The notes beneath the pieces are model-generated. The model was given only the letters and a program-made list of their open reading frames with translations. It was not told where the DNA came from and searched no databases. The translations under genes and the position numbers were made by a program. From the NCBI GenBank assembly GCA_012295275.1, contig CM022673.1, positions 18,476,001 to 18,540,000 of the forward strand: 64,000 nt of DNA. The letters are read 5' to 3'. Below are positions 22,401 to 32,307 of this stretch, in pieces. The DNA is from Chrysomallon squamiferum. Its lineage: Eukaryota; Animalia; Mollusca. Numbering within the stretch: the first letter of the stretch is position 1; each line of letters starts with the position of its first letter.

Positions 22401-25400
22401 CCAGTACACTGACAATGTCCAGATTTTACGTCACACGTCCCATGAGGACCACAACTTCCAGAAGAACATGAAAGTCGATTTTCTTTGTCTTCTGTGAAGA
22501 TGACAAATTATTATTTTTTTATTTTATATCTATCTCTATGACGCAAAATTTAAAATATGCTCAAAGTGAAGTAAGACAAAGTGAAAATGTTAGATATTTT
22601 ACTTCGCTTTCGCCACCCGATGTTCATTTGCTGATCGGCGTGAATGGAGTCTCTATATTAGAAATGAATTCAAAATCAATTTTACAGAATTAAAGTAACT
22701 AAGCTGTATGATATTTAGTATATGAATTTGTGTATGTGTTTGGGAAATAATAAAGTATATGTGTGTGAATTTATGCAAACATGTACCTGAATGGAAGCCG
22801 TTGAAATTGGAATCGAAGACTTTTTGTAACTTGGCATTCTGCAGTTGGTACAGATTGCTGGCAATGTTGACTGCAGCTCTGTTGGAGAAACTGGTGTTTG
22901 ACAGACACGACTGAGCTGCAAGAAAATGTTTCTGTAACTCGGAAACGTTCACGAGTTTGAGGAAATCGTGTGTTAGATTGCGTATCACATCAGTAGAAGG
23001 TTTCCCCTCAAAATTAAATTTACTGCAGTTGTGTTTCGCGGTTTCTGGTGCGGAATCGTTTGAAAACAAATTGTCGAAATCTATAAAACTGATATCGTAG
23101 GAATCCTCCAAAAGTTTGACAGCACATATAAGTTTGAGAGCCTGTTCAGACTGGACGAGCTTTTTCATTTGCTCGTTTACAGATTTTACACACTTCGTCA
23201 TTGCTGCCCGATCTTCTTTGGTGATGTTTATCTTGTTAGCCAAACCTGAAAGGTCATGTATTAAATAATGTTTATTCCTGTGTTGATGATGGTAGGATTG
23301 ATCGTGCATGGTAGTTTCTATTCAGAATTTTTAAAATAAATATGCAAAAACAGTAGCACAACATAAGTATAGCAGATAACCTTAATAATATCAGCTAGTT
23401 TAGTCAAACCGCTAAAATAGTGATCTCATATTTTTCTAGATTTTCTTCATTTTGTAAAGCGTTTAAAATCGTTGTTTTTACATTATATAAATAAATAGAT
23501 AAACAAGAAATGAATAAAGATATGAATGGAATAAAGTGGATGTTTCGAGAAAGGAGATCGTTAATTTTATATTATGCATTCGATTTAGAGGGCACGGAAT
23601 AACAAGCTGCTGTAATTAGTGAAGACTATGAACAGTGACTTTGTAAAATTGATAAATTAATATTTAGATTAAATAGTGGAATGTTTACAATACTGTGCAT
23701 TAAAACTATTTGGTTTGCTTTATAAACAGTAAAGTTTAAAACAAGCAAAGGAAAGATTATCATTTAGTTTCAGTAATATTATGTAAAAGAATATAGAATT
23801 TAGACAACTTTTATGAACTGTCGGATCACCAAAACTGAGAGAGTCATACATGGTTTTGTTTTTCTGGGCTTTTTATTACTTTTTTCAAAAGAACGTTGTT
23901 GTTTTTTTATTTTTTTTTTTTTTGTTCAGTTTTTACAAAGCGGATAAAATAACAAAAAAAAATTTGAATAAACCAGACATGCGTATATCCTAAATAAAAC
24001 TGTTTTACATATTTTTATTTATTCAAAATGGGCAGTGAGTGGGAATATAAAGCTGTATACAATATTATACATCATCGAGTTATAAATTTTGTAGTTGTTA
24101 TAAATCTGAAGCAAAGTCGAGCGTCGTTTATTATTTACAGATTTTCAATAACCTGCTATTACATGTAAACGTCATTCTAATAACTGAGTAAATAGTTTCT
24201 TCCTAAGAACTGGACGTTATGATCACATGTAAAATGTCATCTTCAGAAACTCTTGAGCTTGTTATTGTTTATTAATTGAAAACATTTTCAGATTCCAGGG
24301 ATAATCTGGAACTGTCATAAATTTATATTTTTTTATACGAGACTACATAACATACTGATTCAAAGTGTTGAGGGGTCAATGTATGGGTCTGTGTAGTATA
24401 GACAGTTAATATTTGAATTGATTTGTTTAAAGAAATTATTATAATTATTTTGGAAGGGGACGACGTGTAGTTAATATTTAAGCCCTGAGAATTTCTTTCT
24501 ATTTATTAATGAAATTATTAGAAAGATTGTTAAATCACTCAATCAGCCAAAATGTTTTTTCTAAACTCTGTATCACAACTTACTGTTGCAACATTTTAAA
24601 CGCAACATATGAATGACACGCAAAATACTGTTGTTATTAAAATATCCGAAATTTTCTCTATCTTACAGTTCTAGGCGTACTTTGAGTGGTTATAATTAGA
24701 TTATTTTGGCACATAAGGATAGAAAACTTAAAAAATAAAACTGATGAAAAACGCTACTGATACGCTTACCTGTCATAACCTGTTCCCAAAATTTGCTCTG
24801 TTTCTGTAGTTCATTTTGAATTTTCTGAAATACGTTTTTTGAAATCTCCGGATTTGTGTTAAGTTTTCCAGAAACACAGGATAATGATGACTGGATTCTG
24901 CCATCCAAGACAGCCGTGTATCGCTGATGCATTCGGTGAATAGCTTCTGCTAGCTGTTCCTCTGTCATAGCAGATGACTTCTCTCCGGTACAGTTCAGGT
25001 GTTCTGCGTCCATCCAGCTGTCTGTCTTTGTTCCATTACCAACAATTTTAGAAGATCCAGTTGTTGATGCTGGGTTTGTCCCAGATCCAGTCATTCCTGT
25101 AGATCCGGCGTCAGGTCCAGATCCCAGCTCTGTTGCATTCATCATTTTAGACTTGGTGTCGGCTTGGTTTGATGAAAAGTTTACTGCTGAAAGTTTGGGC
25201 AGTTTAATCTGAATTCTCTCCTTGATCGCACAAAGTGTAGCCTTGTTTTCATTAACCATTTGAGCCAAGTCGTTGTTCAAGTCGTGCATGCAGTCGTCTA
25301 TTGCTGTTCTGTCCACATCAGTTAGTGAGTCGCTTCCGCGGCATGAAGCCACGAAACATGCAGAAATTATTGCAAGACGCCACATTCCGTGGACGTTCAT
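467..25400 (-). CDS. Large secreted modular protein gene (3'-partial, >=32 coding exons): signal peptide + 14 copies of an unrecognised 4-Cys helical domain + >=18 EGF-like domains
   Basis: Hand-spliced: every exon is bounded by AG/GT in phase 1, and intact internal exon lengths are multiples of 3 (459, 120, 474/477, 111-126 nt). Summed length is about 8,920 nt. No stop codon is reached before the window edge. Confidence 0.9.
940..1059 (-). CDS. Canonical EGF exon (DGNPCEKKPCQNGGKCSRTRTSPGYKCLCPPRYTGNTCDT)
   Basis: Within ORF 845..1084; PCxNGGxC motif; AG/GT bounded. Confidence 0.9.
1085..1158. repeat. (CT)n microsatellite
   Basis: Direct observation. Confidence 0.95.
1390..1468. repeat. 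(GA)n microsatellite
   Basis: Direct observation. Confidence 0.95.
1660..1779 (-). CDS. EGF exon (APKLTVNLCAAVNCGSHGNCNSETGKCICKDKFTGEFCDI)
   Basis: 120 nt, phase 1-1, 6 Cys. Confidence 0.9.
2143..2259 (-). CDS. EGF exon (APKEIEKCPKDKCGKFGTCDDSTGTCSCHSNYTGMFCQN)
   Basis: 117 nt, donor |GTGAGT, 6 Cys. Confidence 0.9.
2554..2664 (-). CDS. EGF exon (EAKGPCDGIFCGSHGDCNAETGKCVCKHRYSGELCDT)
   Basis: 111 nt, phase 1-1, 6 Cys. Confidence 0.9.
3116..3235 (-). CDS. EGF exon (STDHKPDRCTGVSCGFHGVCNSETGKCVCKDKYTGDLCDK)
   Basis: 120 nt, TTCAG| and |GTAAGT, 6 Cys; not in the ORF track. Confidence 0.9.
3525..4001 (-). CDS. 4-Cys domain exon A12 (intact, 477 nt, divergent 3' end RTEMVDKFSNQMKRNSSV)
   Basis: Within ORF 3517..4050; donor GTT T|GTAAGT. 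Confidence 0.9.
4518..4669. repeat. 23-bp minisatellite made of the exon end plus splice donor (present in most array units)
   Basis: About 6-7 copies of TACCAGTTTCACACTAAAGTACT-like units next to the EGF exon donor. Confidence 0.9.
4659..4778 (-). CDS. EGF exon E11
   Basis: 120-nt copy of E1. Confidence 0.9.
5164..5637 (-). CDS. 4-Cys domain exon A11 (+2/-1/-1 homopolymer indels)
   Basis: Indels only in T-runs. Confidence 0.8.
6318..6437 (-). CDS. EGF exon E10
   Basis: 120-nt copy of E1; followed by the type B intron. Confidence 0.9.
6823..7295 (-). CDS. 4-Cys domain exon A10 (473 nt)
   Basis: T6 instead of T7 near 6975. Confidence 0.8.
7940..8059 (-). CDS. EGF exon E9
   Basis: 120-nt copy of E1. 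Confidence 0.9.
8444..8917 (-). CDS. 4-Cys domain exon A9 (+1/-1 homopolymer indels)
   Basis: Extra T near 8908, missing T near 8597. Confidence 0.8.
9563..9682 (-). CDS. EGF exon E8
   Basis: 120-nt copy of E1. Confidence 0.9.
10067..10539 (-). CDS. 4-Cys domain exon A8 (473 nt)
   Basis: T6 instead of T7 near 10220. Confidence 0.8.
11236..11355 (-). CDS. EGF exon E7
   Basis: 120-nt copy of E1; followed by the variant (type B) intron. Confidence 0.9.
11730..12203 (-). CDS. 4-Cys domain exon A7 (intact, variant 3' end RTEMVDKFSSHV)
   Basis: Within ORF 11719..12252; donor |GTAACT. Confidence 0.9.
12848..12967 (-). CDS. EGF exon E6
   Basis: 120-nt copy of E1. Confidence 0.9.
13352..13823 (-). 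CDS. 4-Cys domain exon A6 (472 nt; two homopolymer deletions)
   Basis: Same sequence as A2 apart from T-run lengths. Confidence 0.8.
14470..14589 (-). CDS. EGF exon E5
   Basis: 120-nt copy of E1. Confidence 0.9.
14974..15443 (-). CDS. 4-Cys domain exon A5 (470 nt; 4 nt missing)
   Basis: Small deletions in or next to mononucleotide runs (about 15106, 15123, 15345). Confidence 0.75.
16090..16209 (-). CDS. EGF exon E4
   Basis: 120-nt copy of E1. Confidence 0.9.
16596..17069 (-). CDS. 4-Cys domain exon A4 (intact, 474 nt)
   Basis: Open frame with canonical splice sites. Confidence 0.9.
17720..17839 (-). CDS. EGF exon E3
   Basis: 120-nt copy of E1. Confidence 0.9.
18225..18697 (-). CDS. 4-Cys domain exon A3 (473 nt; 1-nt homopolymer deletion)
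   Basis: T-run near 18650 is one base short relative to A1/A2. Confidence 0.8.
19342..19461 (-). CDS. EGF exon E2
   Basis: 120-nt copy of E1. Confidence 0.9.
19847..20320 (-). CDS. 4-Cys domain exon A2 (intact, 474 nt)
   Basis: Within ORF 19821..20369; canonical splice sites. Confidence 0.9.
20970..21089 (-). CDS. EGF exon E1
   Basis: 120 nt EDRENRPSCSAGSCGPHGTCDVKSGHCQCTGSFGGDSCET, AG/GT bounded. Confidence 0.9.
21475..21948 (-). CDS. 4-Cys domain exon A1 (intact, 474 nt)
   Basis: TACAG|AT CTG ... CAC G|GTAAGT; open frame. Confidence 0.9.
22372..22491 (-). CDS. EGF exon E0 (EDKENRLSCSSGSCGPHGTCDVKSGHCQCTGSFGGDSCET)
   Basis: 120 nt, six-Cys EGF spacing, CACAG| and |GTAAGT; slightly diverged edge copy. 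Confidence 0.9.
22787..23245 (-). CDS. Exon 2: second divergent 4-Cys helical domain (459 nt)
   Basis: TTCAG| acceptor and |GTACAT donor; open frame GLANKINITKEDRAAMTKC...LICAVK...NC...SCLS. Confidence 0.9.
24770..25400 (-). CDS. Exon 1: signal peptide (MWRLAIISACFVASCRG) + divergent 4-Cys domain with a Gly/Ser/Thr-rich insert
   Basis: ORF 24696..25400; ATGs at 25400 and 25385; hydrophobic N-terminus; donor ACA G|GTAAGC at 24770/24769. Confidence 0.9.
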
Positions 25401-26784
25401 TACTGTCGAATCTCCTCTAGTACTGAGACTTTGTGTCAGTGCAGTTTTACTCTGTGCCTCAAACTAAACGTGTGTCGCTATCCACTGACGATATGTTTGC
25501 TGACGAAACGGCGGTGAATCTTCACCTTATTTCAAGGAATGATCGATAAATTAAAGCAGTCAGTACATCACGAGACTAAGCACGTGACTGTCAGGCGCTT
25601 AAACACATCAATTTACCTGAAATAATAGCAGACTAGTTTTATTATACACAAACTGAGTCATCTCTATAACAACCGAAAACAATCCAAAAATACCACAGAA
25701 TATCACGATTTCGTTGTTCTAACTCTCGAGTGTAGAAATGTTTTCACGTATTTTGTTTTTTTGTTCTTTTTCGGGGGGTGGGGGTATTCGTCATGGTTGA
25801 CCATATATGTTAAATAAAAATCTAGAACCTTCCAGTTGTCTTTTGATGAGTGGTATTATCATATAAAATATACTGAGTCACATATAACAATATCCCCTCT
25901 TACAAGTCTTCTCACTGAAATGTATGATCAGTAATTGAATATGTGCATGTGTGTTAATTTGCATGATTAATTGTGAGTTGCTGGGGCGTTGTGAAGCACT
26001 GAAGATTTTATTGCTGAGATTACAAGGTTATTACGTAATGATCGTCTCACACCTTTTTTCATTCAAATTAATAACTATCGTTATAGTGATTATGCAGCTA
26101 ATAAATGCTTTCAATTTAAAATGTAAAAGATGTTATAGGTCAAAGACAATTCTAATGAAAGTTCCAGGGTAAACTAGGTCGTCGAATCGATCTCGTTCAG
26201 TGACATAGAAGAACTTATCGCTTCAACAGTTTAACTTAATATGGTTGTCCTGGAGATAAAACGAAACAAAATAAATATTCCGCTTAATCATTCTCTAATT
26301 TCACTCACTGTTCATTATGGACTCTTTTTAAGGCTAAATAACACTGGTGTTGATCGGTATTTGTTTACCACTTGTACTCAAATCGTGACTGAGATGAATT
26401 GTCGGTCTGTATGGATGACTTCCTTTGAATGAATAAAGATTTCAAATCGTATAAATATTAAATAAAGCGTTAAAAAAAGTAAACACGATTCCCACTCAGG
26501 CATGTAGAAATAATGTCAGGTGACGTGTCAGTCCTGCTATCTTACACCTTTTTCTTCTTCTTCAGTGTCTTGGATCAAAACCCCATTCTGGACATATAAG
26601 CTGATGAAAAAATAACGTTCATAAATTAATATCTTCATGATAACACTACAATAATGAAAAAATGAAAATGTTCTTCATAACCAAAAACGTTATTTGAGTG
26701 TATGTATCATTGTCCTGTAAAAGAGGTAAAAAATAAGTAAATAAAGCACTGAAATTTGGGATTTATTCATAAATAATCGCGTTA

Positions 26785-26990
26785 GATGTTGGTGCACGGT
26801 GTAGCACGTTAGCATGAGTTGTGGTATATCGCTGGATCTATCAGTTTTCATACTTCCGTTGTGTTTTTACCCATTCCAACTAAAGCTCCGTGACTGGATT
26901 ATCAGAAACCATTATGTGTTTAACCGTATATTTGTCACAGTGCATGTACCAGATATTCTATTGGTAGTCTAAAGTAGCCCTTGCTGTGGC
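26785..26990 (+). mobile_element. Decayed tRNA-derived SINE-like element followed by an (AAC/AGT/AAT)n tail
   Basis: Motif order (GTAGC...GGATC...CCATTCCAAC...ACTGG...GTGCAT...AGTAGCCC...GTGGC) resembles gastropod SINEs as I recall them; needs a Dfam/Repbase search. Confidence 0.4.
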
Positions 26991-27017
26991 AAATATTATA
27001 CAGAAACCATTGCAGTT

Positions 27018-27121
27018 AACAACAACAACAATAATAGCAGTAATAATAACTAACAATAACAGTAACAACAACAACAACAATAACAATAGTAGTAGTAGTA
27101 GTAGTAGAAGTAGTAGTAGTA

Positions 27122-27160
<39 letters not shown>
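27018..27160. repeat. Compound trinucleotide microsatellite (AAC/AGT/AAT)
   Basis: Direct observation. Confidence 0.9.
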
Positions 27161-27162
<2 letters not shown>

Positions 27163-27679
27163 CTACAGTTAATTGCTGCAAAAATAATATAACAAATAAA
27201 TAGATCTTGAGAAATAAAGAATTAATTCACAAAGGTATTTATCGTTTTCAGTGATTTTTTCTGTTCACAATAAAATCGTTTATGTCATACAGTTTTTTTT
27301 AAACAGTGAAATGTCTCAACAACAGTAAACGATCAATATTGTTCTTTCAGCACTTTTACCAGTGTTTGTTTTGTTACCTAGCAAACGACTGAAATATACT
27401 TGTCCTCTAATTTTGTTATTATTATTTTTAATCTATTTTTTTCCTCCGCTTCGTTTTCATTGAAAGAAGAAAGAAAATATAATAATTAAGATGATGAAAC
27501 AATTTTAGAAGAAAATAAGTAATATTTTTTATCAGTCTCATGAGATACCTTAAATATTCTCCCTTCAAAGATACACGATGTACTGTATGATAGACTGATT
27601 GAAAGATCAGTTAAATTATTGCTGCGTTAATAATCAGGAGCTAAAAGCAAAGAATAACATCTTTATTTTATCGCCATAT

Positions 27680-27690
27680 TTTTATTGTTA

Positions 27691-27755
<65 letters not shown>

Positions 27756-27901
27756 ATTATTATTATTATTATGATTATTATTATTATAACTATTATATTG
27801 TTTGTCATCTATTTTAGGTATCTATTTATGTGTAAGAGTTGATAATCTGTGTCTGATATCTTCTTTCAGAATTCACATTTTATTTTAATTATTTCTTTAT
27901 G

Positions 27902-27993
<92 letters not shown>
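27680..27993. repeat. (TAT)/(TGT)n and (CT)n microsatellites
   Basis: Direct observation. Confidence 0.9.
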
Positions 27994-27997
<4 letters not shown>

Positions 27998-28271
27998 ATC
28001 TTTTAAAAATATTTTTCTGTGCATTAACGCATAGCTCAGTATTTTCACTTTTCGGTGTGCGTATTTCTTTATTTTTTTCTCTTTGTCAATAAAACAGCTA
28101 TACAACTTTAAATGTAAAATAGTTTTGGACTATAACAAGAATACGCCTCGCTGTACTCTGAGTTGGTTTTATATTTCAGTATTAAAGGTGTGACGCCAAT
28201 TTCAGTGCCGATTACACTTCACCGGTGAATTTTTTAAATATTTGGGTTAAGTTGTGATAAAATATTTATAT

Positions 28272-28306
<35 letters not shown>

Positions 28307-28481
28307 CAAATTAATGTAAATGTAGAGAAAAATGAAAATGTAATGAAATTAACAATACAATTGTATTGTGTAATTTGTGTAAAATCTGTGTAATTTGTAA
28401 TTTGTATTTTTATCTGCAGGTAAATAAAAAAGCTGTTTAGAAAACTTTTCAGTTATCTTTCCTTCTCTCTCTATCTACAAG

Positions 28482-28753
28482 TATCTTTCCGTCGGTATTT
28501 ATCTGTCCATCTGCCCATCCATCCATCCATCCATCCATCCATCTATCTTTCTAACCTTATGTCTATCCATCTATCTATCTATATATCCATCTATCTGTCC
28601 ATTTATCTATCTAATCTGATCTTATCTATCTATCAGTCTATCTTTTTTTTAAATAATTTAATCTTTTTTCGTATATAGATATAGAGATAGACAGATGGAT
28701 AAATATGTGGATAGACAGACGGATGGATAGGCGGATAGGCGGATGGATGGATG

Positions 28754-28785
<32 letters not shown>

Positions 28786-28839
28786 AACAGACAAACAGAT
28801 GGATAGATAAATAGATAGATATATACCGACAGAAAGATA
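28482..28839. repeat. Imperfect foldback: 23-bp inverted repeat with complementary (ATCC/ATCT) and (GGAT/AGAC/AGAT) arms
   Basis: TATCTTTCCGTCGGTATTTATCT (28482) vs AGATATATACCGACAGAAAGATA (28817), 21/23 complementary. Confidence 0.7.
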
Positions 28840-29429
28840 TATATTTCACTGTCAATTAATATGTGTGTATTTGTGTATGAGTCTATAAAAGGTTTCACAT
28901 TCTAATTTTTCTATATCTCTTTTCATTCTATTACTCTGTTTTCTTTTATGATTTTTTTTTCTGTATATCAGTCTATAAATCTCTCAAATTTGCCCTTTCT
29001 CAGTGGTTTTTCTTTCTCTCTTTCGTACGGTAATACATTATTGATACTGACAATAAATATTCTATAACTTATATCTGTGTATATTCCCAAGATCCTCTCT
29101 TACTGATCGATATTGATTTATGAATAAATATCTTGTGACCAAAAACAAAATTCACGCTCTGATTACCACAATAAAAGTTCATCTGCCTAGGTTCTTATTA
29201 AACTGTAGATTGGCAATTATTTTCATAACGTGAAAATGCATGAATGCATGATTTATATTAATAAATTCTTATGTAAGGCAATGAAAGAAAACTTTTCTTT
29301 CATTATGAATGGTTTCAGAGCTTGTTATTTAATTAGTGGAAATGTGATGAATGGTGTTAATAGTTAAATTTGAATGATGTATCATAACAACACGAGAAAG
29401 TTCGCAGCTCTCTCCTTCCTTTACCCAGG

Positions 29430-29693
29430 CTGTGCAAAACTGGAAACAGGCCATGACTAAATGGAAAATGTATATCTCGTTTCAAAATGCTCACTAAACG
29501 TTTAGAAACTGTTAAATACTTATTTGCATATATACATAAATCGTCTTTAAAATATTAATTCTCGGTCCAAAGGATCAGGTTTGGCTATCTTCACAGCGTC
29601 AAAAACATTTACAAAACCGTCCCACGTTGAATTCGCCTCGCAAAACGCGGAGGCCCACCCAGCTTCATGTGTAGAGTTCCGGCCTTTGCACAG
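29430..29693. mobile_element. Possible MITE
   Basis: Imperfect terminal inverted repeats CTGTGCAAAACTGGAA / TTCCGGCCTTTGCACAG around a GC-richer 260-bp island; no clear TSD. Confidence 0.3.
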
Positions 29694-31312
29694 TAACTGA
29701 CACATCTCTTTTCTCTTTGTCTCACTCTGTCTGCTCTTTTCACTTCTCTGTGTCTCTAGATATCAAACTCGATATCTCACAAATATTCACTGACTTTCAC
29801 TGGCTCTTCTGCCTGTCCGTCTGTTTCTCTTTCTGTACGCATCTCACCAATTAAATTTGACTCTTGGATGTGTTTCTATTGTTGTTGTTTTTGGTTGTGG
29901 TTTTTTCTGAGTTATTTTTTAATTAATTTATTTATTAATTTATTTAATTCTTCCAATATTTAACTGGCAGAATTAATTTTTGTTAATTTTAAAATTTATA
30001 TTGCTTTTTAGGTTATTGATTTGTTCCTGTCGTTATAATAGATTTAGATTGTTAATTTTCACTAACAGTTTTGATTTGCTACGAATCTTTCTTATCAGTT
30101 TGGTATGAATATTTTTATAGGAGGACAGACAGAATGACTAGAACAAAAGAGATAAAGATATTAAATATCTAAATAATCGATTAACAGAATAATACGATAG
30201 AATGAACAAACATGTTATGGATATTTTTAATCGATAGTCGATATTGTAGTAATTTACCATTTATTTACAATTATGTGTAGTCACGGAAAATCAATGTTCC
30301 TTGTTCCTCAGATATTGTTGTGTTTCTAACTGTGATACAGAATCAAATATCTGTGAATACATATCTTTTATAAGAACTTTCACCCAAAACTGAAAAACAT
30401 ATGACATTAGCATAAAGGTTCGTGGAGGACGGTCTGCCGAGTATTGATCACGCGATCTGTTTGTTCTTCGATATGTTAAGTGTGCTTCGATTATCGATTG
30501 ATAATATCCACACATGTTTTTTAATTTTAACCTTGGATTCAGTTCTGTCGATCACTCATCACATCCTAGGACTGATCTCTAAAGTTTTATTCAGATCTCT
30601 ATCGAGACAGGTGGGGTCGAGGAATGGAAACAGAGACAAAAGAAAAAATGTAATGACAAACATTTCGACATTAAAGCGATTTCGTGTACTTTTATGTAAA
30701 AAATATTTCCTTATCACGCCATCCGCTCAAGACAAGACGATGGTTCTAGAAATGTCCACGGTATGAACACTGTGACCGGACAGAATGTATGAGTGACACA
30801 AAGCAGTGAATACTTCACTGAGTTGTTATGAACAAAGTATCCAATAAACAAATTTTACAAACAGAAAAAAATCCCAACAGGATCAGCGAAAAAGCAGATA
30901 AAAAAATCTATTTTATTTATCAGTTATTTATAATCATAGCCTCTTTGTATTTTTATGTGTGTCTGGACAAGTTAATTTCAATAAATACAGTTTCTACACT
31001 TGACTATCAATAACAGTTATTTAATACAATTGTCATTGTATCACGTGACTTGACCTATTTCCCGTCAAACATCCGACAAAACGCATTTCCACATTAGATA
31101 TTTATTAAGTAAAAACCCAGATTACAATATCTTATTACCGTGTTGCAATTATCTAATAATGTAATGCTGTATTTGGTCTTGCTGAAGTATTTTGAGATAT
31201 AATAGGTATAATTATATATTTTTGTATTTCTTTTATTTATCTTTAATGTATGTGTATCTTTTATTTATCTATAATGTATTTATTTCTTTCATCTTTAATT
31301 TACCGTTTTATG

Positions 31313-31379
<67 letters not shown>

Positions 31380-32257
31380 CATGTATTTATATATTTATTA
31401 TTGTTATTGTTTTGTTTCGGCGTATTTAATTCCTGCGAAGAACAGAATCAATGTTTGAATTTCAGTTTACATCAGAGGTCAATATAACTCACGTGACGAC
31501 GAGTACAAACAATTATCATATTAGCCAAGGGCATGCAGCAGAAGTTTTTGTTTGTTGTTGTTGTTGTTTTTTCTTTTGTTGTGGTTGCTGGTTTTTTATT
31601 TTATTTTTTTATTTTTTATAAACTTGAGTTCATAACTAAATAAATAATCAGTTTTAAAAATTAAAAAGTGTTCCTTGTTAAACACTGCAATTGAAATGAG
31701 AAAAATAAAAGCTCCCACAGAATTCGACAAGCTTCAGAAGATAAATATAAAAGACACCCGACGTTGAGTCTGGTGAAAACTTAAACTGTTTTCAATTAGT
31801 GGCTGGAAACACAGTGTCTGACGTAGGTCGATCGCAAACACAAACGGAAGCACAATGGTGGAATGAGAAGTGAGACTGCCATGTACAAATAAGTATTGTT
31901 TGTCGTAGAAGAGTAACAATAGTGAGGCTTAGGACAATGACCAGGCTAACATACGACCTCTACTTGACTTAATTCATACAACACAACAACAACAAAAAAC
32001 AAAAACAAAAAAACATTTTACATCTGATTTGATGTAGAAGCGATCTATCAAACATTTACATCTGATATATATTCGGAATTCTTCACAAACCTTTTTATGA
32101 ACCTTATCCCAAAATGTATATTTATACATCTGGGGGCTTATGTATGTTATAAATAAATGGAAGGGAATGGCTCCCTTTCGACGTGGAGATCGAATTTGGC
32201 CAAACTTCTTAGATGCACTTCTAGTATAATAAATAAATAAATAAATAAATAAAAATA

Positions 32258-32307
<50 letters not shown>

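Larger units (their letters stand above)
3525..22491. repeat. Intragenic tandem array, 12 units of about 1.62 kb (2 exons + 2 introns each)
   Basis: EGF exon ends recur at 4659, 6318, 7940, 9563, 11236, 12848, 14470, 16090, 17720, 19342, 20970, 22372; introns are nearly identical. Confidence 0.98.

Noticed and set aside
3525-22491. Array as 12 independent small genes (149-aa MKNCFSK... and 68-aa MRLNRNY... ORFs)
   Set aside because: ORF starts and stops lie in introns or mid-exon; canonical phase-1 splice sites join them to an upstream signal-peptide exon.
25480-25880. Promoter motifs (Inr-like TCAGT about 25488, CACGTG about 25581, TGAGTCA about 25654 and 25873)
   Set aside because: Short motifs expected by chance; no clear TATA box or TSS evidence.
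30290-30800. ORFs 30291..30515 and 30422..30766 in a GC-richer patch
   Set aside because: No recognisable motif or splice structure; probably a repeat fragment.
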